Positions 19,593 to 29,668 of a DNA stretch of 64,000 nucleotides are shown here, one piece after another (the stretch's first letter is position 1; each line of letters opens with the position of its first letter). Location of the stretch: NCBI GenBank assembly GCA_036231405.1, contig JAZAHK010000003.1, forward strand, positions 192,001-256,000, in the 5' to 3' direction. The stretch is from Nitrospinota bacterium. GTDB lineage: Bacteria > UBA8248. Made by a program: the position numbers and the translations under genes. The notes under the pieces were generated by a model, which ran no database searches, had not been told where the DNA came from, and saw nothing but the letters and a program-made list of their open reading frames with translations.

Positions 19593-19646
19593 GGGGAAAA
19601 TTAAATTTAAAATTTTAACGCTATGCTGTCCATTTAAAGACTTAAC

Positions 19647-20537
19647 TTATAGAAACTTCTGAAACCAGTCAGTTGTCTCTTTCGCTGCCGTTTGAAAATG
19701 TTCGGAATTAGAAAATTCATAAATATGATTATGTCTAGCTTTCGGAAGAAAAACTAATTTCTTAGGTTCTAGACATTTCTCATAAGTTAAAATAGTCTCT
19801 TCGGGGGGAGACATAGTGTCTAGTTCGGCGCAAATAAAAAGAACTGGTCTTGGAGATATCCGGTCAACTACCCAATCAGGCTTATAGCGAAAACAAGCTT
19901 CTACACTCTGAAGATCAAGTTCTGTAACTTCTTCTGAACCATGCTCTTCTTTACTCATTTTTGGTTTTCCAAGTTCAGGATCCTGTGGATAAATGTCATC
20001 CCTAAGAATCATTGTTCTCTCACCCGATACAACACGTTTTCGTGCTTGTTCTCGTACGTAATCCTGGAACTTAAACCAGTCGTAGGGGCTTCGTAAAGAT
20101 TTAAGCCATCTTTCTCCATCGTGAACGCCAACTGCAGAAACAATCACTTTGATTCTCTCATCAAATGCGGCAGCCCAGAGTGCATTTGCACCTCCAAAAC
20201 TTGAACCATATACTCCGATTCGTTCAGAATCCACATATTCTAAAGTCTCTAAAAAAGTGACGGCATCATACGTGTCTTGTGCTTGCTCTAAAGGACGATG
20301 TCTTCCTCGAGTTCCCTCGCTATCACCATAACCTCTATAATCATGTGCAATAGTGATAAATCCTTCTTTTGCAAGCCTCTGTGGCATATCAATTGTCGCA
20401 ATATTCTTTCTTCCACTATAACCAGAAAGACAGATAACTGCAGGAAGAGGAGGATCCCCTTTTTTCCAATTGGAGGGGGTGTAAAGATGCGCGGCAATTT
20501 TAAGATCATCACTATAAAAAGTTACATCTTGTCTCAT
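19647..20537 (-). CDS. Alpha/beta hydrolase
   Basis: DYRGYGDSEG, GSSFGG nucleophile elbow, ISPRPVL. Confidence 0.85.
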   Translation of the reverse strand: MRQDVTFYSDDLKIAAHLYTPSNWKKGDPPLPAVICLSGYSGRKNIATIDMPQRLAKEGFITIAHDYRGYGDSEGTRGRHRPLEQAQDTYDAVTFLETLEYVDSERIGVYGSSFGGANALWAAAFDERIKVIVSAVGVHDGERWLKSLRSPYDWFKFQDYVREQARKRVVSGERTMILRDDIYPQDPELGKPKMSKEEHGSEEVTELDLQSVEACFRYKPDWVVDRISPRPVLFICAELDTMSPPEETILTYEKCLEPKKLVFLPKARHNHIYEFSNSEHFQTAAKETTDWFQKFL

Positions 20538-20698
20538 ATTATCGTCCTTTTTACACAGAAATAAGAAGAAATCTCAAAAACAATCACGATATAGATCAAA
20601 TGTTCCCTGATTGCTATAATCTGAGGATTACATTCTATTAACATCATACTTTTGCGTCAACTTTAATACCTATCATTGAAACTATTGAAGATATTTTT

Positions 20699-21781
20699 AT
20701 GACATTAAAAATTCATTCTATTATTGCTAGATCTGCCAAAGTACCATTAAAAAGGGAAATTGGTAGTGCTGGCGGGAACAAATCAGTTCTAGATTATCTA
20801 ATAGTAGAACTCAAGACTACAGATGGCATATCAGGTTTTGGATACACCATGGGATTGGGCGGTGAAGGTAGTAAAGCACTTGTCCCTTATATTCATAATG
20901 AATTGGCCCCCCTAGTAATAGGAAAAGACGTTTCAAATCCTGAAAGAATTTGGAATACGCTATGGAGCCCGAACAAAGCAAGAATGCGAGGTGGCTTAGG
21001 TGTCATGGCTATTTCGGCACTAGATACTGCTTGCTGGGATGCTTTTTCAAAAGCAACCTCTTTACCATTACATACAATTTTAGGAGGATTTAGAAAAAAA
21101 GTCCCGGTTTATGGAAGTGGTGGTTGGTTTACCTTTAGTGATGAAGACCTTATCAAAGAGTGTCAAGATTTTATGGAGAAAGGTATTAATGCATATAAAA
21201 TTAAAATTGGGACATTAAGAGACGAAGAACGAATAGCTCTTTTACGTAAAGAAATAGGAAGTGAAATTACTCTTCTAGTAGATGCAAATCAAAAATATAA
21301 TATAAAGGATGCGATTGAAGTTTCTTCAATGCTGGCTACCTATGATGTGAAATGGTTTGAAGAACCTGTCCTTGCAGATTCTATGGATGATTTAGCTGAA
21401 TTTTCTAGAAAAAGTGCAGTGCCAGTCGCAACTGGCGAAAATTCCTATATGCGTTGGGGATTTAGAGAAATTTGTGAACGTAAAGCGGCAGCATACTTAC
21501 AGCCTGACGTAGGAAGGTGCGGAGGGATTACTGAATTTCGTAAGATAGCTCATCTTGCAGAAACATTCAATTTAGACTTATGTAGTCACCTTTTAGAAGA
21601 AGTTTCTGTATGCTTAATAGGTGCAACATCTGCAGGATGTATGGTTGAATATGCAGATTTGCTTCCATCAAACACACTCACACACAACTTCAAGGTTCAG
21701 GACGGCCATATAGAGGTTCCAGAAAGTGCAGGACATGGGGTCTCGTTTACTGAAGATGCTTTAAAAAAATTTTGTGAATAG
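20699..21781 (+). CDS. Mandelate racemase/muconate lactonizing enzyme family (MR-like subgroup)
   Basis: KIK, DAN, EEP, TGE, QPDVGRCGG, CSH. Confidence 0.88.
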   Translation: MTLKIHSIIARSAKVPLKREIGSAGGNKSVLDYLIVELKTTDGISGFGYTMGLGGEGSKALVPYIHNELAPLVIGKDVSNPERIWNTLWSPNKARMRGGLGVMAISALDTACWDAFSKATSLPLHTILGGFRKKVPVYGSGGWFTFSDEDLIKECQDFMEKGINAYKIKIGTLRDEERIALLRKEIGSEITLLVDANQKYNIKDAIEVSSMLATYDVKWFEEPVLADSMDDLAEFSRKSAVPVATGENSYMRWGFREICERKAAAYLQPDVGRCGGITEFRKIAHLAETFNLDLCSHLLEEVSVCLIGATSAGCMVEYADLLPSNTLTHNFKVQDGHIEVPESAGHGVSFTEDALKKFCE

Positions 21782-21794
21782 TTTTAGAAATTAA

Positions 21795-21844
21795 TGGCAC
21801 GTCCAGTTGGAGTCGAACCTAATACCTTCGGATCCAAAGTCCGA
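21795..21844 (-). repeat. Degenerate copy of the 3' 50 nt of tRNA-Arg(TCG); att-like scar
   Basis: 43/50 identical (hand-aligned) to 25987-26036, same orientation. Confidence 0.85.
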
Positions 21845-22048
21845 AGGTATAAGACATTCAATTCATAGAAACCCTTTTTTTAATTTCTATTTGAGACATT
21901 TCAGATAAAATTAATACTCGTGTAGCAAGGAGAGTTAGGTTCGAACATTGGATAAATTGGTTATAACTGCAATTAGAATTTGCTATAATACACTTAAGTA
22001 ATCAATTTTTTACGTATAATGCGATACAAACAAAAAGTGGCATAACAA

Positions 22049-22891
22049 ATGTCTAGTAAATTTAGTAAAGATCAGATAGTTGCGCGCCTCGGTGCTGAGC
22101 GGAGTGCCTCAAAGGTGATTTTTGACGCGCTCTGCGGGAGTGGAATAACGGCTAAACTTGCTTCCCAGGGTGGAGCAGATCTTGTTACCACCTTTAATCT
22201 TGCCCACTACCGGATGCAGGGGCTTAGTTCAATGGCTGGATATCTGCCCATAGGGGATGCGAATGCTACCACTCTTGAACTTGGCGAGCGTTTCATTCTT
22301 AATGTTGTGAAAGAATGTCCGGTGGTTGCTGGTGTGCTAGGGGTAGATCCGACTAGAGACATGTGCCGTTTTGTGGATCGTTTAAAGGATGCGGGATTTC
22401 ATGGAGTAATGAACTGTCCAACAGTTGCCCTGATTGATGGAAATTACCGTACTACCTTAGAAGAGACGGGAATGGGCTTTTCCCTCGAGGTTGACGTTCT
22501 TAAATATGCTAGCCAAATCGGCATGTTCACAAAAGCTTTTTGTACCACTCCTGAAGAAGCGCTTTCTATGGCAGAGGCTGGTGTAAACAACATCATCATC
22601 CATTTTGGAAATAGTTCAGGTGGCACTACCGGATCAAAGACAGTAATGGATATAGATGAATCTGCCCAACTAGCCGCAACAATTTTCGACGTCCTGTCTC
22701 CGAAGTATGCAAATTTGTTCTACACTTGTCATGGCGGTTCGATCGAAGATGCTGCGGGGGTAGAATCCCTTCTGGTGCGCGAACCTCGATTTGATGGCTA
22801 CGTTGGTGGCTCCTCGGTAGAGAGACTTCCTGTTGAAAATTCCGTACTTTCCGCTGTTGAGTCTTTTAAGTCTCTTAGACTTAAAAGATAG
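22049..22891 (+). CDS. PEP-hydrolase-like TIM-barrel protein (partner of Tm-1-like proteins)
   Basis: GSGITAK, GGADL, NCPTVALIDG, LEETGMG, CHGG, GSSVERLPVE. Confidence 0.85.
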   Translation: MSSKFSKDQIVARLGAERSASKVIFDALCGSGITAKLASQGGADLVTTFNLAHYRMQGLSSMAGYLPIGDANATTLELGERFILNVVKECPVVAGVLGVDPTRDMCRFVDRLKDAGFHGVMNCPTVALIDGNYRTTLEETGMGFSLEVDVLKYASQIGMFTKAFCTTPEEALSMAEAGVNNIIIHFGNSSGGTTGSKTVMDIDESAQLAATIFDVLSPKYANLFYTCHGGSIEDAAGVESLLVREPRFDGYVGGSSVERLPVENSVLSAVESFKSLRLKR

Positions 22892-22919
22892 ACTCGTTTA
22901 CAAAGGAGAAAATTGTCGA

Positions 22920-24161
22920 GTGTCTGATACTGTTATCGCTGTATTAGCAACTTTGAATAGTAAAGAAAAAGAAATTCACTTTATATGCAAGTCTATTAAG
23001 GCATCCGCTGGCCGTCCATTGCTGGTGGATTTGTCTCTTCAGCCTCATAGGATACCAGGAGCAATGATTTCAGGAGGTCTTCTCGCCGAGGCAGGTGGCT
23101 CAGATTGGGAATCGCTAGCAGACATGGATCGCTTGAGTGCCGCTGAAGTCATGGTCTTGGGGGGAAAGAAAATTCTTTTGGAAGCTTACAATAAAGGAAA
23201 TATTGGAGGGGTCATTGGTATAGGAGGCGCTAACGGCTCCTCAATGGCATGTTCAATTATGAGGGCTCTTCCTCATATTTTTCCGAAAGCGATGGTTAGC
23301 CCAGTAGCCGCGACAGCGGCCGTTCAGTGGTATGTGGCGGAGAGCGATATAGTCATGTTTCCGTCGATTGGAGATCTGTCCTTAAATAGGATAACGCGAT
23401 CTGTCATGGAAAATGCAGCTTCTTCAATTGTCGCAATGGCTAAATTACAGGCTTCTCGAGCCAAGCATTCTGTGCAATCGTCACCACTGGTAGGTTTATC
23501 GTCATTCGGAGGAACGGCGGAATGCGTGGATAGAGTTACGAAAAAACTTGTCAGCCGAGGTTATGAAGTGATTCATTTTCATGCTTCCGGACCTGGTGGA
23601 AAAGCACTTGAATCTCTAGCATCTTCTAAAGAACTTGCTGGTGTTGTCGATTTGACTACACACGAACTAGCAGATCTGGTTGTTGACGGGGTCTATAGTG
23701 CCGGAGATGGGAGACTAAGGGGGGCGGGTCTGGCGGGTCTCCCACAAGTAGTTGTTCCTGGTGCAATTGATCATTCTAATTTTTGGGTTGGTATGGTACC
23801 CGAGCAATTTAAAAATCGAGAATTTATTCAGTACAACGCACAGAGTATTCTAATGCGAACAAGCGCCGAGGAGTTTATGACGCTTGGGCGTATGGTTGCT
23901 GAGCGACTTAATGAAGCCCGAGGGCCTGTTGCCATCCTAATTCCTCAAAGAGGTTACAGCGAACACACGAAGAAAAAAACTCAAAACCTTGAGGGACATG
24001 AAATTGGAAACTGGGCTCAGCCCGACGTAGATGGCGTTTTTTCATCATATCTGCAGAAGCATTTGAAGAAAGGAAAATTTACTGAGCTTGATCTACACAT
24101 AAACGATACAGAATTCGCCGATGCTTGTGCACATGCTTTTTTTGACCTAATGGAAATTTGA
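22920..24161 (+). CDS. Tm-1-like ATP-binding domain protein (UPF0261)
   Basis: ATLNSK, MRALP, FHASGPGG, DLTTHE, PQVVVPGAID, LHIND; GTG 22920 after AAGGAG. Confidence 0.85.
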   Translation: MSDTVIAVLATLNSKEKEIHFICKSIKASAGRPLLVDLSLQPHRIPGAMISGGLLAEAGGSDWESLADMDRLSAAEVMVLGGKKILLEAYNKGNIGGVIGIGGANGSSMACSIMRALPHIFPKAMVSPVAATAAVQWYVAESDIVMFPSIGDLSLNRITRSVMENAASSIVAMAKLQASRAKHSVQSSPLVGLSSFGGTAECVDRVTKKLVSRGYEVIHFHASGPGGKALESLASSKELAGVVDLTTHELADLVVDGVYSAGDGRLRGAGLAGLPQVVVPGAIDHSNFWVGMVPEQFKNREFIQYNAQSILMRTSAEEFMTLGRMVAERLNEARGPVAILIPQRGYSEHTKKKTQNLEGHEIGNWAQPDVDGVFSSYLQKHLKKGKFTELDLHINDTEFADACAHAFFDLMEI

Positions 24162-24202
24162 AGTTAACTGACAACCTAGCTATTCGGTTTTGGTGGTGAT
24201 TT

Positions 24203-25915
24203 ATGGATTTTCAGGTACCAATAGAAAATTTCGAAACGGATGTTCTAATTGTCGGAGGTGGTGCTGCGGGCACAATGGCTTCATTTGAGTGCGCGAAAAT
24301 GGGTGTCCAGAGTATTCAAGCGACAAAGGGTCGAGCAACGAGCGGAACAACTACTGTCGCTCGAGGCGGATTTGCCGCTGCTTTGGCAGATGGAGATAGT
24401 CCTGAACTTCACTTAGAGGAGATTCTAAAATTTGGTGGAGAACTGATAGACCCGTTACTAGCTAAGGTTTGGGTTTACGATATTGTAGATGTCGTGAAGG
24501 ATTTAATCTCCTGGGGAGCGGAATTTATCACTAATGATGAAGGGAAACTCGATCTTAAAATGTTTCCCAACCATACTTATTCTCGGGCAATCCACCATTA
24601 TGATACAACCGGAAACATGCTGACAAAAACGCTTTCTCGAAAGCTTCGGTCCAGTGACACTATAGGCCAACACCCGCACACTACCATTTTAGATCTTATC
24701 CTCAGGGAAGGAAGGGTTGTTGGCGCCTGGGGTGTTAACTATTCGAGTGGCTCTCTAGTCACGTATAAAACACGAGAGATCATTCTTGCAACTGGCGGTG
24801 GAAGTGGTTTGTTTTACGTAAACGATAATCCTCCGCAGGTTACTGGAGATGGTTATGTACTTGGCTTCCGAGCTGGAGTTCCGCTGCTGGGTATTGAAAT
24901 GATCGACTTCCAGGCAATGTGTTGCGCACCAGAGGAATTATTTGGTTTCGCCCCACATCCGACTGGATTTATTAACGCTGGGGCAGTTTTTCGAAACCGT
25001 CAAGGAGAAGAATTTCTGAAACGATACTTTCCAAATACTGCGGAAAAAAGCTCGCGAAGCGAAGTAATTCTTGCAATGGCTAAAGAAATTCATGCCGGCC
25101 GAGCCAATCTCACAGGTGGTATTTTCATGGATGCAACGAAGGTGTCCGAGGCTATAATTCAAAAACATATCCCTCATGTTCATAAATCCTGTCTCGCGCG
25201 TGGAATCGATATCATGAAAACCCCTCTTGAGGTAGCACCTGGAAGCCATACGTGGCTTGGTGGACTTAAAATTGACACAAATGGTAAAACGACAGTCTCG
25301 GGCCTGTGGGCAGCGGGAGAAACTGGAGGTGGAATACACGGCGGAAATAGGATTGGAGGTTCAGCCCTCTCTGCCTCCCTTGTTTTTGGCAGAAGAGCAG
25401 GTCAAGCAGCATCTAGATCGGTTAAGGATCATAGGGGAAACACTTCGACGTTTAAGATAAGTATCCCAGAGAAGGAGCGTGCTTGGTTGACCAGTTTGCT
25501 AGAACGTCAACAAGGTCCACTACAGGAAGATGTGCGAATGAAGTGCCGTATGCTTGCGCATGAAAAATTGGGCCCTATCCGAGAGAGCGCAGGAATATCT
25601 GATGCTGTTGCCGAGTACGAGCGCATCGAACATGAGGAAATCCCCAAGATGCGTCTCACGGACGCGGCTCGAAACTCGATTAAGGTCCGCTCTCAAGAGC
25701 TTGAAAGTGCATTTTCAGTACGCAATCTTGCTCTTCTAGGACGTCTATTAGGTACTGCCGCTTTAAATCGAACTGAAAGCCGAGGAATGCACTTCCGCCT
25801 TGACTATCCGAAACCTGATGAGGAGACATGGCGTGTGGTTACAAGGCTTGAGCGCGGGGATAGCAATAAAATCGAATTTCACACCGACCCGGTGAAGGAA
25901 CACACAAAAACCTAA
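24203..25915 (+). CDS. FAD-dependent oxidoreductase of the SdhA/FrdA/NadB flavoprotein family
   Basis: GGGAAG, LATGG, TGDG, GLWAAGE, HGGNRIGG, RTESRGMHFRLDYP. Confidence 0.88.
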   Translation: MDFQVPIENFETDVLIVGGGAAGTMASFECAKMGVQSIQATKGRATSGTTTVARGGFAAALADGDSPELHLEEILKFGGELIDPLLAKVWVYDIVDVVKDLISWGAEFITNDEGKLDLKMFPNHTYSRAIHHYDTTGNMLTKTLSRKLRSSDTIGQHPHTTILDLILREGRVVGAWGVNYSSGSLVTYKTREIILATGGGSGLFYVNDNPPQVTGDGYVLGFRAGVPLLGIEMIDFQAMCCAPEELFGFAPHPTGFINAGAVFRNRQGEEFLKRYFPNTAEKSSRSEVILAMAKEIHAGRANLTGGIFMDATKVSEAIIQKHIPHVHKSCLARGIDIMKTPLEVAPGSHTWLGGLKIDTNGKTTVSGLWAAGETGGGIHGGNRIGGSALSASLVFGRRAGQAASRSVKDHRGNTSTFKISIPEKERAWLTSLLERQQGPLQEDVRMKCRMLAHEKLGPIRESAGISDAVAEYERIEHEEIPKMRLTDAARNSIKVRSQELESAFSVRNLALLGRLLGTAALNRTESRGMHFRLDYPKPDEETWRVVTRLERGDSNKIEFHTDPVKEHTKT

Positions 25916-25986
25916 AAAAGTGCAATACTTAAAAACTTGCGTAGTAAAAAAATAGCCTAAAATTCCTTACAAACCCTTGTATTTAC

Positions 25987-26063
25987 TGGTACGCCCGGTA
26001 GGAGTCGAACCTACAACCTTCGGATCCGAAGTCCGACGCTCTATCCAATTGAGCTACGGGCGC
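25987..26063 (-). tRNA. tRNA-Arg(TCG)
   Basis: GCGCCCG acceptor, TCGGA-CT-TCG-GA-TCCGA, encoded CCA. Confidence 0.95.
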
Positions 26064-26091
26064 ACAAAACAAATTTAAATCGTCACATAAG

Positions 26092-26168
26092 TGGGGTGAG
26101 TGAGGGGATTTGAACCCCCGACCTCCGGGGCCACAACCCGGCGCTCTAACCACTGAGCTACACCCACC
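26092..26168 (-). tRNA. tRNA-His(GTG)
   Basis: G-1 plus GTGGGTG acceptor, CCGGG-TT-GTG-GC-CCCGG, encoded CCA. Confidence 0.95.
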
Positions 26169-26264
26169 ACAAAGAAGTCTGAAAGTCCCAAGAATGCTAC
26201 CACCAAAAACATTAATGGAGAAATAAAAATATCTAAAAATTATAGTTAAACTCCATCAATTTTA

Positions 26265-26341
<77 letters not shown>

Positions 26342-26450
26342 ACAAAAAATAAATAACTTGCAAAAGAATTTTACAAGTTATTTAGACACAGCGAAAGGAA
26401 AGTACTGTATTTGTAAGACTAGATCAATTCTAAATATAATTTATTTAAAA

Positions 26451-27320
26451 TTACCCCTCCAAATGTGTTCTAGGTAAAAACTGTATTAACAAAGAACCAT
26501 AACGGCCAAACAAGATTGAAACAATATACATTAGACCAATTATCAGAATGATGGTTGGTCCTGTAGGAAAATCAAAATGGTAAGATAAGAGTAATCCTAT
26601 AATACCGCCTAACAACGAAAATAGTACCGAAATTAAGATAAGTCCTTGTACATTACGAGACCAAAATCTAGCAGCAGCCGCTGGAATTATCATCACTCCT
26701 ACTGATAAAAGTGTACCCAAAGCATGGAATCCAGCCACTAAATTTAAAACTGTCAAACTAAGAAAAAGGAAATGTGCCACTCCACTCATGGGACTTACAG
26801 ATTTTAGAAATGAAGAATCAAGACACTCCATAATCAAAGGCCTGTAAAACAAGGCTAAAACGAATATGGAAACGGTCGCAATCGAAGATAATAGAAAAAG
26901 AGTGGAATCATCCAGAGCTAGGATTGTACCAAACAAAACGTGCATTAGATCAACATTAGTTCCTCGTACAGTGACGATTAGAACTCCTAAAGCAAGTGAA
27001 ATAAGATAAAAAGATGCAAGACTCGTATCTTCTCTAAGAATCGTGGTCCGAGTCACAAATCCAGTCAAAAGAACAACTACCATTCCAGCAATAAGACCCC
27101 CTAAAGTCATTGCAGTAAGAGAAAGACCTGAAACAAGATACCCAACAGCTGCACCAGGCAAAATGGCATGCGCAATTGCATCTCCGGTAAGACTCATTCT
27201 TCGTAACATTAAAAAAACACCGACTGGAGACGCACCTAACGCAATAGAAAAACATCCTATAAGGGAACGTCGCATGAAAGAAAATTCAATAAAAGGTTCG
27301 ACTATGAGATCGTATATCAT
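26451..27320 (-). CDS. Zn/Mn ABC transporter permease (ABC-3)
   Basis: RRMSLTGDAIAHAILPG, LFG, IIPAAAAR. Confidence 0.92.
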   Translation of the reverse strand: MIYDLIVEPFIEFSFMRRSLIGCFSIALGASPVGVFLMLRRMSLTGDAIAHAILPGAAVGYLVSGLSLTAMTLGGLIAGMVVVLLTGFVTRTTILREDTSLASFYLISLALGVLIVTVRGTNVDLMHVLFGTILALDDSTLFLLSSIATVSIFVLALFYRPLIMECLDSSFLKSVSPMSGVAHFLFLSLTVLNLVAGFHALGTLLSVGVMIIPAAAARFWSRNVQGLILISVLFSLLGGIIGLLLSYHFDFPTGPTIILIIGLMYIVSILFGRYGSLLIQFLPRTHLEG

Positions 27321-28078
27321 TATAAAATACTAGTTGGAATTCTTGAACAAATATCAGCATTTTCATTGAATACTTCGCAAAGTTTATGGGCACGAGATAA
27401 ATTTTCTTCAGTCAGTACTTCTTCAGTAAGTCCATGGGCAATTTTTTCACGTCCCAAAATAAGAGTTTCTGGAAAATTTAATCTAATATCTTCAAGATCA
27501 TGTAATGCAATAATTATTGTTCTCCCCTCACCATGCCATTCAAGAATCAGATGTAATAAGAAATCTGTTGTCTTCCTATCTATAGAATTAAAAGGTTCAT
27601 CAAGAAGTACCAATTCAGCATCTTGTAATAATAAACGAGCAAATAGGACACGTTGCATCTCACCACCAGATAAAGTTCCAATAGGTCTATCTTCATATCC
27701 AAAAAGACCTAGAGAAGAAATTGACTCATAGATTCTATCTTCCATAGAACTAGAGACACCAGAAAAAGAACCAATATCATTCCAAAGACCCATGGATATA
27801 AAATCAATAACAGTTACAGGGAAACTAGGGTCAACATCACTCTGTTGAGGCAAATATGCTATTTTCACAGGTTGTAAATTAGAAAATTGTAAATTTCCTT
27901 CTAAAGGTTGTAGTGAGCCTGCAATCCCTTTTAAAAGTGTAGACTTTCCTCCTCCATTAGGTCCCACTATTGCAGTTAAGGAACCAAACTGAAAATCAAA
28001 ACTTAAATGGTGAACCGCGGGATGACGGTCATATCCAAGTGTTAAATTTTCACATGAAACAATCTTTGGCATAAACAC
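27320..28078 (-). CDS. Zn/Mn ABC transporter ATPase
   Basis: GPNGGGKST, LSGGE, LLDEP. Confidence 0.92.
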   Translation of the reverse strand: MFMPKIVSCENLTLGYDRHPAVHHLSFDFQFGSLTAIVGPNGGGKSTLLKGIAGSLQPLEGNLQFSNLQPVKIAYLPQQSDVDPSFPVTVIDFISMGLWNDIGSFSGVSSSMEDRIYESISSLGLFGYEDRPIGTLSGGEMQRVLFARLLLQDAELVLLDEPFNSIDRKTTDFLLHLILEWHGEGRTIIIALHDLEDIRLNFPETLILGREKIAHGLTEEVLTEENLSRAHKLCEVFNENADICSRIPTSIL

Positions 28079-28084
28079 CCCTAA

Positions 28085-28216
28085 TTATTGTATTGACCAA
28101 AATACGCCCGCCCACAGTATCAAGGAAAGAACAACAGAGAAAAAAATCCTCAAGAAGGCTCCAGAACATAAAAGACTATAGGCAGTATATTTTACTTTCA
28201 TCTTTTGTCTTTCCAT
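28085..28216 (-). CDS. Small (43 aa) membrane protein inside the zinc uptake operon
   Basis: MERQKMKVKYTAYSLLCSGAFLRIFFSVVLSLILWAGVFWSIQ; fills the zur-ATPase gap, one TM segment; below ORF-track cutoff. Confidence 0.65.
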   Translation of the reverse strand: MERQKMKVKYTAYSLLCSGAFLRIFFSVVLSLILWAGVFWSIQ

Positions 28217-28232
28217 TTGAATAAATTCCTAC

Positions 28233-28634
28233 TTAACTATCCATGCAATTCTGACATTGACCAAGAATTTCTACTGTAGTTTTTGTAATTTTAAAATTTT
28301 TTCTTTCTGTATTTCTATAAATCTGAGAAGAGATTTTCTCATCAGAATATTCTCTAGTTTCACCACAATGATTACAAATTTCAAATAAAACTGAATCCTT
28401 ACCCTCATGAGTATGATCGCAAGCTATAAATGCATTAAGACTTTCGATTTTATGAACTAAGCCTTTAGATATAAGGAAATCTAAGGCACGATAAACTGTC
28501 GGTGGAGCAGAAAAACCACTATCCCTTAGTTTATCTAAAATTTCATAAGCAGACATTTTAACACGTTCTTCTTTCAACAAATTAAAAACAAATTCTTGAT
28601 TGGCAGTAAGTGTAATATCATGAAGTTTATTCAT
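28233..28634 (-). CDS. zur: Fur-family regulator, Zur type
   Basis: SAYEILD, APPTVYRALDFL, HKIESLNAFIAC, two CxxC; embedded in Zn ABC operon. Confidence 0.88.
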   Translation of the reverse strand: MNKLHDITLTANQEFVFNLLKEERVKMSAYEILDKLRDSGFSAPPTVYRALDFLISKGLVHKIESLNAFIACDHTHEGKDSVLFEICNHCGETREYSDEKISSQIYRNTERKNFKITKTTVEILGQCQNCMDS

Positions 28635-28659
28635 TTCTTCCCTTGAAATAGTGGAAATG

Positions 28660-29583
28660 CTAATTTAGGGCCTTTAAAATAGTCTTTACATTATAACGCA
28701 TATAATCTATATAGTTCCCAGCCATGCCATTTTTTTCTGAAAGAGCATCAGAATAAAGATTTCCCCCTATTTGCACACTTGTTTGCCTTGCAATTTGTTG
28801 AACTAATCTATTATCGGCAATATTTTCAAAGAAAATAGCTTTCACTGAAGTCTTTTTTATCTGCCGTATAAGTGTGGCAACCTTAGAGGCACTTGCTTCA
28901 GATTCAGTCGATATGCCCTGTGGAGATAGCATTTCAATTCCATACTCTCTTGCTAGATATCCAAATGCATCATGACTAGTAATGACTTTTCGATTTTTTT
29001 TTGGAATAGAATTTATAGAACTACGTATAAATTTATCTAAATTATCTAAATCTAACGTATATTTTTTTAAATTTTTCATATAATACTTTTTCGATGGAGG
29101 ATCAATTCGAGATATTCCTTCTGCAATATTAGCAACGTAAATTTTCATATTAGGCACACTAAACCAAACATGCGGATCCCATCCATCAGCATGATTAATG
29201 TTGTGACCATGATGTTCTTTTTGTCTTAATTTTTCAATATTTTTTGCTGCAATAAGGATTACGCCTTGATATCCAGATGCCTTAACCAATCTTTTCATCC
29301 AACCTTCAAAACCTATGCCATTCATCACTACAAGATCCGCCGAAGAAATTCTCCTCGCATCACTTGGAGTTGGTCTAAACATATGAGCATCCATATTCCT
29401 TTTCACAAGTGAGGTTACATGTACTTTTTTCCCTCCTATCACAGAAACTATATCTTCTAGAATAGAAAAAGTTACTACTATTTTTTTGCGATTACCTATA
29501 TCTTCCTTGACTGAAGCACTAGATAAATTTAAAAAGATGATACAAAAAAATCCTACAAAAAAAGCTAAACCCTTAAAAAACAT
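28660..29583 (-). CDS. Zn/Mn ABC substrate-binding protein (cluster A-I)
   Basis: DAH, NGIGFE, His-rich loop, DPHVW, SHDAFGY, LYSDALS. Confidence 0.92.
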   Translation of the reverse strand: MFFKGLAFFVGFFCIIFLNLSSASVKEDIGNRKKIVVTFSILEDIVSVIGGKKVHVTSLVKRNMDAHMFRPTPSDARRISSADLVVMNGIGFEGWMKRLVKASGYQGVILIAAKNIEKLRQKEHHGHNINHADGWDPHVWFSVPNMKIYVANIAEGISRIDPPSKKYYMKNLKKYTLDLDNLDKFIRSSINSIPKKNRKVITSHDAFGYLAREYGIEMLSPQGISTESEASASKVATLIRQIKKTSVKAIFFENIADNRLVQQIARQTSVQIGGNLYSDALSEKNGMAGNYIDYMRYNVKTILKALN

Positions 29584-29617
29584 GACGTAAACTACTCCAA
29601 AAAAAAATTAAGAGAAT

Positions 29618-29632
29618 TGTTATATTATAACA
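29618..29632. promoter_or_regulatory. Zur box
   Basis: Perfect 7-1-7 palindrome TGTTATA-T-TATAACA about 35 nt upstream of the SBP start; matches the proteobacterial Zur core consensus. Confidence 0.85.
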
Positions 29633-29668
29633 TACGAAAATTGTCAATTTTTAAAATGATTAAAAACT

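Larger units (their letters stand above)
21795..26036. mobile_element. Integrase-less genomic islet at tRNA-Arg(TCG)
   Basis: Bounded by tRNA 3' end and its decayed direct repeat; cargo visibly more GC-rich than flanks; no recombinase ORF inside. Confidence 0.7.

Noticed and set aside
21795-21860. Possible additional tRNA gene
   Set aside because: Only the 3' part is present, with mismatched acceptor/T stems and no D arm; treated as an att scar.
22833-22919. Long N-terminal extension of the Tm-1-like ORF overlapping the upstream gene
   Set aside because: GTG 22920 follows AAGGAG and matches where the family motif begins.
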